Source of the DNA: an uncultured Limnohabitans sp.
Lineage (GTDB): Bacteria; Bacteroidota; Bacteroidia; Cytophagales; Cyclobacteriaceae
Length of the DNA stretch: 64,000 nt
Assembly: GCA_964574365.1 (NCBI GenBank)
Contig: CAZNND010000008.1
Span: 7,121-71,120 of the forward strand
Reading direction: 5' to 3'
The notes under the pieces were generated by a model. That model saw nothing but the letters and a program-made list of their open reading frames with translations. It did not search any database and had not been told where the DNA came from. The position numbers and the translations under genes were made by a program. Positions 1 through 9,169 of this stretch are shown here, piece after piece; the first letter of the stretch is position 1, and each line of letters starts with the position of its first letter.

Positions 1-744
1 AACCTCGAATTGTGTGATTAAGGTATTTACAAATCTTTTGTAATACTCTGACTCAAATTTCCGCTCAATTGTAATTCGGCTTTTATTTAAAAATGGTTGA
101 AGCTTTTTTCCGTCAATTCCTTTTTCAAAATAATAGAGTTGCCGTTCTACTATAAGCCAAGCAGGATCTTTACAAATCAAATATCCACCGAGATGCTGCC
201 ATTTTAGCTCCTTTCCTTTGAATTTAACCACTGGAAAATATTGTGTATTATATTCACCTTTTTCGAAATGGAAAATTACTGTTGCCCGCTCTGCATTGAC
301 CTTAATTTCCTTGCCAGTTGGGGTGCCGTCGGATGAAGTTTCAAAAAGTCTTTTACCAATCAATAAAGGAAGTATTTCAGCTCTTTTTTTCTCTAAACCC
401 GAAAGCAAGCTGTCTTTGATCTTTTTTTCCTCCTCTTTTTCTTGAGGTTTTGGTTCAAAAAGCTTTTGTAAAAAATCTTTCGGTTTAATATTATTTTTCT
501 TCATCAGCGGTTTTACCACCACATCCTGCTGCATGGAATCAATTAATTCGATTAATTCGTAGTCCGACTTGTCTAATCCGGTATCAAATTCCTTTGCATT
601 GGCAGAACTTATATTTTGATAAGCATAAGTCAATCTTCCTTTATCATCTAAAGGAACTACATAAGATTCAAAAAGGTAACCTAAAAATTCATGATTGAAA
701 ATAGAATAAACAATCTGAAATGGCTGATCTGGATTAACAAACAT
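1..744 (-). CDS. 5' part of a large CDS running off the window start; N-terminal region resembling Bacteroidetes SNF2-family helicases
   Basis: My own translation of the minus strand from ATG at 744-742 is open for all 248 codons to position 1 (MFVNPDQPFQIVYSIFNHEFLGYLFESYVV...). It is absent from the ORF track because it has no stop in the window. The SNF2 assignment is from memory of similar N-termini only. Confidence 0.55.
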   Translation of the reverse strand, partial: MFVNPDQPFQIVYSIFNHEFLGYLFESYVVPLDDKGRLTYAYQNISSANAKEFDTGLDKSDYELIELIDSMQQDVVVKPLMKKNNIKPKDFLQKLFEPKPQEKEEEKKIKDSLLSGLEKKRAEILPLLIGKRLFETSSDGTPTGKEIKVNAERATVIFHFEKGEYNTQYFPVVKFKGKELKWQHLGGYLICKDPAWLIVERQLYYFEKGIDGKKLQPFLNKSRITIERKFESEYYKRFVNTLITQFEV

Positions 745-928
745 CTTTAATATTAAAATATATATAGTTAAGGTTTAAATAAAAATTATAAACTATATGG
801 AACATATTTGGAATCTACAAAAAATCAATTTAACTAGATTATTTATACTTTATGAAATACTATTTTGACTTCAAATGTAGGAAATTTATTTAAAGTCTTG
901 GTTTAATTTGCCAATTTAATTCGTCAAT

Positions 929-1528
929 TTAAGTCGTCAATTCAGTTTTTTTCTCAGGGAAAAATCTGTTTTGAAAAACTAAAATAATAGCAACCCCGAT
1001 AAAAATTGAGGCGTCAGCAATATTGAAAATTGGCCAAAGTGCAGTATAGTTTCCTCCCCAAAGTGGAACCCATTCCGGGATATATCCTTCCCAAATATCA
1101 AAATAAAACATATCTACTACCTGACCATGCAACCAAGGGGTTGGAGCATTGTAGGGTGCATTATCCAACCACACCCCATAAAATACAGAATCAACCAAAT
1201 TCCCAATAGCTCCACCTAAAATAAGAGATATGCAAAAAATATATGTAGGATGATTTTTCTTGTCTATGATGTAAAATAGGTAGTAACCAATTCCTACCAT
1301 TGCAACTAACCTAAAAGAGGTCAAAATCATTTTACCGTATTCTGAACCGATTTCCATTCCAAATGCCATTCCGGGATTGGTTGTATAATGGAGCTTAAAC
1401 CAGTCTCCAAAAATTGGAATCTGACCTGGTGTACCAAAGTCCATCTGAAAATGAACAAGCATCTTTACGACTTGATCAATTACAATTATCAGTAATGTAA
1501 TTCCAAAATACTTTATATAGTTGTTCAT
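929..1528 (-). CDS. lspA: lipoprotein signal peptidase II
   Basis: 199-aa polytopic membrane protein with the FNIADASI motif and NLVD motif. Lies directly downstream of ileS, the conserved ileS-lspA arrangement. Confidence 0.9.
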   Translation of the reverse strand: MNNYIKYFGITLLIIVIDQVVKMLVHFQMDFGTPGQIPIFGDWFKLHYTTNPGMAFGMEIGSEYGKMILTSFRLVAMVGIGYYLFYIIDKKNHPTYIFCISLILGGAIGNLVDSVFYGVWLDNAPYNAPTPWLHGQVVDMFYFDIWEGYIPEWVPLWGGNYTALWPIFNIADASIFIGVAIILVFQNRFFPEKKTELTT

Positions 1529-1538
1529 TACTGATTAA

Positions 1539-4500
1539 TTATACTTTGACTACATTTACCTCTAACTCAAATTCATCCATATCCAAAAGTACTGAATTTT
1601 CAAGATTTTCTGATAGGCTTAGGCTCAATGCCTGTGTTTCAGATTGGATATATTCACCATAGTTTTTAATCGAACTATTCACCAATTCATTATTATCGGC
1701 TACAAATACATGAATTTTGTCTTGAACTTCTAGTCCCATGTCTTTTCTAAGGTTTTGGATACGATTCACCAATTCTCGGGCAATACCTTCTTGTTTGAGT
1801 TCATCGGTAAGGGTAACATCCAAAGCCACTGTAATTCCCTGATCTGAAGCCACTGACCAACCCGGTACATCTTGCGAGCTGATCAACACTTCTTCAAGGA
1901 ACAACTCGATCGTTTCTCCTTCTACAACTACCCCAATTTTTCCATCACGCTCGATTTGGTTAATCTCAGTTGACCCCCAGGTATTGATTGCTGCGACCAC
2001 GAATCGCATTTTAGATCCCAATTTTTTACCCAAAACCGGCAAGTTGGGTTTTACATTTTTTACTAAAATCCCCGAAGCATCATCTAAATATTCAATAGTC
2101 TTAATATTCACTTCATTTTTTATCAATTCTTCCACATATTCAATTTGTGTCTTCGTTTTCGGCGAAAGCACAGGAATTAGGATACGCTGAAGTGGCTGAC
2201 GTACTTTTATTCTCTCCTTTTTCCTAAGCGAATGAACCAAAGAAGAGATATTTTGAGCCAAGTCCATGCTCTTTTCCAAATCGATATTGATTAATGAAAC
2301 ATCGGCACTAATCCAATCAGTTAAATGTACTGATTCTTTTACTTGCTCTCCTGCTTCGGTGAGATTCTTGTACATCCAGTCCGCGTAAAATGGAGCAAAA
2401 GAAGACATCAGTTGGGAAATTGAAAGTAAACATTCATAAAGCGTTTCGTAGGCGGCATGTTTATCCGGATTCATATCGCCTCTCCAAAATCTCTTTCTTG
2501 CCAATCGGACATACCAGTTTGAAAGTTGATCCACGGTGAAGTTCATGATGGATCGGGTTGCTTTGGTTGCATCATAATTATCCATGGCTTCTTCTACCTC
2601 CTTTATCAAGGACTGTAGTTTTGAGATGATCCATTGATCAAGTTCTGCGCGTTCCCCAACGGGTATCGAACTGGACTTATCGAAAATAAAATGATCCAAA
2701 TTTGCGTACAGAGCAAAGAAATTATAGGTATTTTGGAGCGTACCAAAGAATCGCCGTTGCACTTCAGTTACTCCTTCCAAATTGAATTTAAGGTTGTCCC
2801 ATGGATTGGCATTGCTGAGCATATACCATCGCAAGGCGTCAGGTCCGTATTCTTTCAGTGTCTTGAATGGATCGATTGCATTGCCCAAGCGCTTTGACAT
2901 TTTGTTGCCGTTTTTGTCCAAAACAAGTCCATTAGCGATCACATTTTTGAATGCAACACTGTCAAAAAGCATCACTGCAATGGCATGGAGGGTAAAAAAC
3001 CATCCTCGGGTTTGATCGACACCTTCAGCAATATAATCTGCCGGGTAGTTGGCACTAAAAATCTCCTGATTCTCAAAAGGAAAATGCCATTGCGCATAGG
3101 GCATTGCTCCCGAGTCAAACCACACATCGATCAAGTCTGGCTCACGGAACATTTTTTCTCCTTTTTCGGAAACCAAAACAATATCATCTACATACGGCCG
3201 ATGTAAATCTAGTTCCTTGCCTTCATAGGGGGATTGGGTCATAAAACCCGCAGCGACGGATTTTTCGATCTCAGCGTTCAGGTCTACAATTGAACCAATG
3301 CATTTTTCCTCTGTGCCATCGCTTGTTCTCCAGATTGGAAGGGGTGTTCCCCAAAATCTGGATCGGCTAAGATTCCAATCTACAAGATTTTCCAACCAGT
3401 TGCCAAAACGACCGGTGCCCGTGGCCTCCGGCTTCCAATTGATGGTTTTGTTGAGTTCGACCATTCGCTCCTTGAAAGCGGTAGTTTTGATAAACCAGCT
3501 TTCTAGAGGGTAGTACAAAATGGGCTTGTCTGTTCTCCAGCAGTGGGGATAACTGTGCTCGTACTTTTCTACTTTAAAGGCTTTATTTTCATTCTTAAGA
3601 ATGATTGAAATGATCACGTCAGTGTTTTTATAATCCGGGGCACTTTCGAGGTCATTGGTATAGTTTTTTACATAAAAGTCGTTTACCCCAAATGTTTTGT
3701 GGCTGGTAATTCCATGTTCTTGCATTTTAGCAGAAAGGTATTCACCGACAATTGGAAGGAACTTACCCTGTTTATCTACGATAGGGATCTCATTTCCCAG
3801 TTCATCGTGAACAAATATTCCCGGGACATTATTTTGTACAAGGGTCCTAAAGTCATCTGCACCGAAAGCCTTCGCCAAGTGGACAATTCCTGTTCCATCC
3901 TCAGTGGTCACATAATCACCTGCCACAATAGTAAATGCCGGGAGGGGCAAGGCTAGACCTTCTATCGGGAAAAGCTGCTCGTATTCCCAACCCAACATAC
4001 TCCTTCCTTTGAATTCTTCGATCACCTGATAAGGGATCAGTTTGTCCCCTGGTTTATATTGTTGAAAACTTAGCTCGGCAGCTTTTGGATTGAGGTAAGC
4101 GGCTAATCGTGCCTTCGCTAAAATTACCACCACAGGCTCAAAAGTGTAAGGATTGAAAGTTTTCACTTTCAAATAATCCAGATTTTCACCTATGGCAAGT
4201 GCAGAGTTGGAAGGTAAAGTCCATGGGGTAGTCGTCCAGGCTAAAATGTAGGTGTTTTCCAGACCTTTAAGTTTAAACTGCGCCGTGATGGACGTGTCTT
4301 TTACCTCTCTGTAGCAGCCTGGTTGGTTCAGTTCATGAGAACTAAGGCCTGTTCCTGCTGCTGGTGAGAAGGGCTGTATGGTATAACCTTTGTATAGCAG
4401 CCCTTTATCGTAAAGTTTCTTCAGGAGGTGCCAAAGGGATTCGATATAGTTGGAGTCAAAGGTGATGTACGGATTATCCAAATCAACCCAATAGCCGATT

Positions 4501-4913
4501 TTTTCAGTAAGGTCATCCCATTCATGCTTGAAACGCATGACTGTTTCCTTACATTTTTGATTGTATTCAGCGACAGTGATTTTTTTGCCAATATCTTCTT
4601 TGGTAATGCCAAGTTCTTTTTCGACCTGCAATTCCACGGGAAGTCCATGCGTATCCCAGCCGCCTTTTCTCTTTACCTGAAATCCTTTGAGTGTTTTATA
4701 CCGACAAAAAATGTCCTTTAGCGTACGGGCCATCACGTGGTGGATGCCGGGTGTACCATTTGCTGAAGGAGGGCCTTCAAAAAAAGTAAAGGTTTCAGCG
4801 CCTTTGCGGTATGCAATAGATTTTTCGAAGATTTGATTTTCTTTCCAATAGCGAAGGACTGATTCTCCAATAGATGGATAATCGACCTGCTTATATTCTT
4901 GGTAGGTTTTCAC
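1539..4913 (-). CDS. ileS: isoleucine--tRNA ligase (long Bacteroidetes type)
   Basis: HIGH-like PSANGTPGIHH and KMSKR motifs. The ORF is open up to 4988, but the N-terminal 25 aa (MPCFECNDLNMC...) look non-native. GTG at 4913 gives (M)KTYQEYKQVDYPS..., which looks like a typical IleS N-terminus. The start is uncertain; the stop is firm. Confidence 0.9.
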   Translation of the reverse strand: MKTYQEYKQVDYPSIGESVLRYWKENQIFEKSIAYRKGAETFTFFEGPPSANGTPGIHHVMARTLKDIFCRYKTLKGFQVKRKGGWDTHGLPVELQVEKELGITKEDIGKKITVAEYNQKCKETVMRFKHEWDDLTEKIGYWVDLDNPYITFDSNYIESLWHLLKKLYDKGLLYKGYTIQPFSPAAGTGLSSHELNQPGCYREVKDTSITAQFKLKGLENTYILAWTTTPWTLPSNSALAIGENLDYLKVKTFNPYTFEPVVVILAKARLAAYLNPKAAELSFQQYKPGDKLIPYQVIEEFKGRSMLGWEYEQLFPIEGLALPLPAFTIVAGDYVTTEDGTGIVHLAKAFGADDFRTLVQNNVPGIFVHDELGNEIPIVDKQGKFLPIVGEYLSAKMQEHGITSHKTFGVNDFYVKNYTNDLESAPDYKNTDVIISIILKNENKAFKVEKYEHSYPHCWRTDKPILYYPLESWFIKTTAFKERMVELNKTINWKPEATGTGRFGNWLENLVDWNLSRSRFWGTPLPIWRTSDGTEEKCIGSIVDLNAEIEKSVAAGFMTQSPYEGKELDLHRPYVDDIVLVSEKGEKMFREPDLIDVWFDSGAMPYAQWHFPFENQEIFSANYPADYIAEGVDQTRGWFFTLHAIAVMLFDSVAFKNVIANGLVLDKNGNKMSKRLGNAIDPFKTLKEYGPDALRWYMLSNANPWDNLKFNLEGVTEVQRRFFGTLQNTYNFFALYANLDHFIFDKSSSIPVGERAELDQWIISKLQSLIKEVEEAMDNYDATKATRSIMNFTVDQLSNWYVRLARKRFWRGDMNPDKHAAYETLYECLLSISQLMSSFAPFYADWMYKNLTEAGEQVKESVHLTDWISADVSLINIDLEKSMDLAQNISSLVHSLRKKERIKVRQPLQRILIPVLSPKTKTQIEYVEELIKNEVNIKTIEYLDDASGILVKNVKPNLPVLGKKLGSKMRFVVAAINTWGSTEINQIERDGKIGVVVEGETIELFLEEVLISSQDVPGWSVASDQGITVALDVTLTDELKQEGIARELVNRIQNLRKDMGLEVQDKIHVFVADNNELVNSSIKNYGEYIQSETQALSLSLSENLENSVLLDMDEFELEVNVVKV

Positions 4914-5039
4914 GGTTTGTAATCTAAGGGACTTAAAGAATTGGAGCTTTTGACACATATTCAAGTCATTACACTCAAAACAAGGCACAAAGATAAGAGA
5001 ATTGGGCTTTGTAGGATTAGTTAATTAAAAATTCAATAG

Positions 5040-5455
5040 GCATATATGCTTTTTTACCGGTAGAGAATAGTCGCGATAAAATTTTGAACCACAGATGGCA
5101 GCAAGGGTGCTAAGTCTTTTTCAACTCGTTCTTAATGGGTTTTTCATTTTTTTATTTGACTCAACTAGAGTTGGGTAACCATTTTTCTGGGAAATCATGA
5201 TTTAAGAATAACTCCTGTTCCGGAGCATTTAGGGCAGCTTGCCAAAAAGTTTCCTATAGCTTGATTTTAAAATTCTGATTCGCTTGATAGATAACAACTG
5301 CATTCTCAAGGGTATTTGAGAAAAATTAAAATTCCCTTGTGATCTTGGTGCCTATGGGAGTAACTAATATTATCGAGCGATTCGTATGGGGCTGAATTTT
5401 TTATGATCAATTCTTCTAAAACATAGCCAGTGTTTTCAACGAAACTTGAGCAATT
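5040..5455 (+). repeat. family B intergenic repeat element, single copy
   Basis: GCATATATGCTTTTTTACCGGTAGAGAATAGTCGCGATAAAATTTTGAACCAC... is homologous to the copies at 13835, 14138, 26010 and 26525(-). It shares internal blocks TTTGACTCAA and TTTTTCTGGGAAATCATGATTTAAG. No ORF. Confidence 0.7.
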
Positions 5456-5841
5456 GCTATTTTTAAATCCAAACCCCGATTAAGAAAAGGAGCTATGCAA
5501 TAAATCGGAAACCCATAAATATCAATACCCAATTTCCAAAGAAATCAACTCTTCCTAAAAGAGATTTTATACAATTGATTTTAAGAAGAATCAAGCCTAA
5601 GCTTAAAACATACTATGTTATTGCAAAAATAATAGTTTATTCAATTTGGAAAACGAAACAACATGCTGGCATTTTCTTAAGCGTGCATATAACGTGTTTA
5701 TTTTACTGGAATTTATATTTGCAGGCAGACATAGTTGCTTTTTTTAACTATTTCAATAAAATGAATTATTTAACTCATGATAAATTTGTGAATTTTAATT
5801 TTTTTCGCCACATTTCAGGCAGTCACCCACAGTTTAATGTC

Positions 5842-6402
5842 ATGCGAATTATTTTGGTAACCCAGATTTTGATAATTTGGGTAATTACTTCGTTTAATAC
5901 CGCATCGAGTCAATCCCAATCCATGGATAAAAGATTGTCTCCATTTGATACTATTTTTCAACCTGCACTAAATTCGCCTGCCTATGTAGTAGCAAGTAAA
6001 GACAAGGTAAATTCACTTAAAAAGTATTTTGAAAACGAACTATCCAAACAAATTCAAACAGCAGAATTAAAAGAGGAGAAAATAATTCAATTAAATAATT
6101 CATTAGATTCTTTAATCAAAATCACATCCCAATATAAACCGTTAACACAGGCTTCCCCGAAAATTGATTTTTCAACCATTCTTATTGTTGTAAATATAGC
6201 CTTGTTCATTGTGATAGTTGGGTTGTTTTTTAATGGATTTCAAACAAGAAAATCGTTAAAAGAGGGAAAGGACAGCTATGGTAACTTGGAAAAAGAATTT
6301 GATTTACACAAAAAAAATGCAATTGAAAGAGAAAGAAAGTTGATGAGAAAAGTAATTGATCTTCAAAATGAGATGGATAATAAACCAAATGCAGAAAAGT
6401 GA
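5842..6402 (+). CDS. hypothetical membrane-anchored coiled-coil protein
   Basis: The track ORF is 5575-6402. ATG at 5842 gives a signal-like N-terminus (MRIILVTQILIIWVITSFNTASSQ), a coiled-coil middle and one TM (ILIVVNIALFIVIVGLFF). No recognisable family. Confidence 0.5.
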   Translation: MRIILVTQILIIWVITSFNTASSQSQSMDKRLSPFDTIFQPALNSPAYVVASKDKVNSLKKYFENELSKQIQTAELKEEKIIQLNNSLDSLIKITSQYKPLTQASPKIDFSTILIVVNIALFIVIVGLFFNGFQTRKSLKEGKDSYGNLEKEFDLHKKNAIERERKLMRKVIDLQNEMDNKPNAEK

Positions 6403-6733
6403 TTTCGGGGCATAAAATTTTGAAAGGCAGCTAAATTAAACCTTTCCTCCAAAGTAGTCAGGGTAAACTTTTTATAACTTCTCATAGATTTTTTAAAAAA
6501 GAGTCTTGTATAGTCAAATTCTCTCAAAAGTCTTAAACCTTAATTCTAATGCCAAAAACAAGAGCTTTTACCAGGAAAGTCAAATTTTGATTCCCAATCT
6601 GAAATTTACTGAGATAGGTTTGACGATTTGGAAATTTTAGATAAGATTTATACTCGGGACTAGCAGAAGATTAAAATCAATCGTATTGACTATTTCATAA
6701 TTCGTTGGTAATAAGCGACTTAATTTCAGGATT

Positions 6734-7333
6734 TTGTATAGATATTTTATTGTTTATAAACCATTTGGGGTTGTGAGTCAATTTAGTGGGGAAGGCCCCA
6801 CTCTGGCTTCAATTGGTAGTTTCCCAATGGATGTTTATCCTGTCGGTCGCTTGGACAAAGACTCTGAAGGACTACTCCTTATCACCAACGATAAATGGCT
6901 GAACCATCACTTACTTAATCCCAAATTTGGTCATCAGCGAAGATATTTAGCCCAGGTGGAGGGAATCCCGACCCCTGAGGCACTGAATAAACTTCAATCA
7001 GGGGTTTTGATAACCGTGGATGGACAAGAATACAAAACCAAACCCGCCTTAGTAAAAATCTTAGATGCTATTCCAGTCATTCCAGAACGAAACCCTCCAA
7101 TTCGTTATCGGGCTTCAATTCCGGATACTTGGATAGAACTAACCCTCATTGAAGGGAAAAATCGACAGGTCAGAAAAATGACAGCATCAGTGGGGTTTCC
7201 CACGCTACGTTTAGTAAGATTTTCCATGGAAAAAATCAGTATTTTAGGCATGCAAACTGGTGAAATTCGGGAGTTGGATGAGCAAACAGTATACCGGGCT
7301 TTAGGATTGACTGGATACAAGATCAGCCGCTAA
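6734..7333 (+). CDS. pseudouridine synthase, RsuA/RluE family
   Basis: Catalytic motif VGRLDKDSEGLLLITND and KNRQVRKM. 199 aa, TTG start. Confidence 0.85.
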   Translation: MYRYFIVYKPFGVVSQFSGEGPTLASIGSFPMDVYPVGRLDKDSEGLLLITNDKWLNHHLLNPKFGHQRRYLAQVEGIPTPEALNKLQSGVLITVDGQEYKTKPALVKILDAIPVIPERNPPIRYRASIPDTWIELTLIEGKNRQVRKMTASVGFPTLRLVRFSMEKISILGMQTGEIRELDEQTVYRALGLTGYKISR

Positions 7334-7382
7334 GCCCGGGAAATTCGTTTTTTACATTTGGTTATTTGAAAAATAGAATGAA

Positions 7383-7634
7383 GGGAAATCGCTTTTAACT
7401 TTTGGTAATTAAAACATGGAACGAAGGGATCGAGAACCTTCCTTTTGAAAACTTGTGGATTTGAACCATTAAGGTCATTGAGAAAATTAAGAATTATGGC
7501 TGAGTCTTTTTTGCAGAAATCCTACTTTCATTCGATTTAACAGTAACTCTTAATTTTCTCGTGGTTCACTCTATGAAACTGGTTTGTTTTTTTCAGTAGG
7601 AGGGAAAAATGCTAAGTTTTAAAAGCGATTTCCC
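7383..7634 (+). mobile_element. family A MITE-like element, copy 1
   Basis: Perfect 16-bp terminal inverted repeat GGGAAATCGCTTTTAA / TTAAAAGCGATTTCCC. Nested 13-bp inverted repeat at 7480-7492 / 7548-7560. No ORF. Homologous to 58620-58874 in opposite orientation. Confidence 0.75.
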
Positions 7635-7636
7635 TG

Positions 7637-7852
7637 AAATAGAATGAAGGATCAAGAATCTTTCTTTTCAAAACTTGTAGATTGAAACCATTAGGATTAT
7701 TGAGAAAATTAAGAATTACGGCTAGGTCTTCTAGGGGGTTATTTTACATGTATTAGCTTTTAATGTTGCTCTTAATGTCATTACCTTTCTTCATAGGTCA
7801 ACTATATCACCCTAATTTGTTACTTCAATAGCATCACAAAAAGCGATTTCCC
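7637..7852 (+). mobile_element. family A element, copy 2 (degenerate, in tandem with copy 1)
   Basis: Starts with AAATAGAATGAAGG as found before copy 1. Its left half aligns to copy 1 minus a block of about 46 nt. Ends in AAAAGCGATTTCCC. Confidence 0.6.
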
Positions 7853-8013
7853 TGCAGTTGAGCCCTAAGAAAGAATCCATATTCTTAAAAATTCATAAAT
7901 TAATGACACGTACGAACTCATCTTTTACCGTTATTAAGGTTTAGAATTGTGGGTTGGTACAATTTCTTCTAATTTAGCCCTGCCAATTCAGGTAATTAAT
8001 TTTCGTGTTATCC

Positions 8014-8985
8014 ATGCATCAGGAAAAAATCGCTGAAGTCGTTCAGGAAGTTAAAAAAGTGGTGGTCGGACAGGATAAGATGGTCAATAGACTACTAATC
8101 GGTCTTTTTACCAACGGACATATTTTGTTGGAGGGAGTTCCGGGTTTGGCCAAAACCCTTACAGTAAATACCTTGGCAAAGGTTCTCCATTTGGATTTTA
8201 ATAGGATCCAATTTACACCTGACTTGCTGCCGTCGGATCTTATTGGTACGATGATTTACAATCAGCAAACCTCTAGTTTTGAAGTTAAAAAGGGCCCAAT
8301 ATTTGCGAATGTGATCCTGGCTGACGAGGTTAATCGATCTCCTGCGAAGGTACAATCCGCCCTGTTGGAGGCGATGCAAGAAAAGCAGGTGACGATTGGA
8401 GAGACTACCTTTCCTTTGGATCGACCTTTTTTGGTATTGGCTACTCAAAACCCGGTAGATCAAGAAGGAACCTATCCTTTACCTGAGGCACAGGTGGATA
8501 GATTTATGATGAAAGTTCATATCGACTACCCAAGCAAATCTGATGAAATGGAAGTGATGCGCCGCATGTCTAATTTGCAATATGCCGCTGAGGTCAAACC
8601 AATTCTATCCAAACAAGATATTTTCGACATCCGAAATCAAATAAACGCTGTAAAAATAGCTGAGCCTTTGGAGCACTACATCATTGAGCTGGTGTTTGCC
8701 ACTCGCTTTCCTCAGCAATATGGCCTGAAAGATGAAGCAAAATATATATTATTTGGGGTCTCTCCCCGAGCAAGTATTAATCTGAACCTTGCTGCCAAGG
8801 CAGTAGCATTCATGGATGGAAGGGAATATGTGCTCCCTGAAGATATTAAAGAGGTGGCTGAAGACGTCTTGAATCATCGGATTTTGCTTAATTATGAAGC
8901 GGAGGCGGATAATATTAGTTCGCGTAGTTTAGTGAAAACATTGCTGGAAAAGGTGCCGATTAACAAGTCGGTAACATTGAAATAA
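8014..8985 (+). CDS. MoxR-family AAA+ ATPase
   Basis: Walker A GVPGLAKT, Walker B LADEVNR, about 320 aa, typical MoxR length. The track ORF starts at GTG 8005; ATG at 8014 is equally possible. Confidence 0.9.
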   Translation: MHQEKIAEVVQEVKKVVVGQDKMVNRLLIGLFTNGHILLEGVPGLAKTLTVNTLAKVLHLDFNRIQFTPDLLPSDLIGTMIYNQQTSSFEVKKGPIFANVILADEVNRSPAKVQSALLEAMQEKQVTIGETTFPLDRPFLVLATQNPVDQEGTYPLPEAQVDRFMMKVHIDYPSKSDEMEVMRRMSNLQYAAEVKPILSKQDIFDIRNQINAVKIAEPLEHYIIELVFATRFPQQYGLKDEAKYILFGVSPRASINLNLAAKAVAFMDGREYVLPEDIKEVAEDVLNHRILLNYEAEADNISSRSLVKTLLEKVPINKSVTLK

Positions 8986-9003
8986 TATGAATTGTCATCT
9001 GGA

Positions 9004-9032
9004 AAGGCTTCTCACAAGGGAAGCCTTTTTTT
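9004..9032 (+). terminator. rho-independent terminator after moxR
   Basis: AAGGCTTC-N8-GAAGCCTT followed by TTTTT. Confidence 0.7.
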
Positions 9033-9169
9033 ATGCTTTCATTGTTAAATCAATATTAAATTCCACCATTTTTTTTAAAAAAACCATAATTCCTTTCCTA
9101 TCACAGGGGTAAAAAATTGAAGTCAACTTTGTGTCGTAATTCCGAACAAACCATACTTCAATTTATAAA

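Noticed and set aside
218-445. 75-aa plus-strand ORF.
   Set aside because: It is antisense to the open 248-codon minus-strand frame, and it is a low-complexity Ser/Phe/Leu-rich translation of a Lys/Glu-rich coding region.
1984-4721. Several 68-97-aa ORFs on both strands inside ileS (1984-2190, 2634-2897, 2782-3015, 2985-3206, 3298-3513, 3699-3956, 4421-4648, 4428-4721).
   Set aside because: All lie within, and out of frame or antisense to, a full-length well-conserved IleS. None has start context or a motif.
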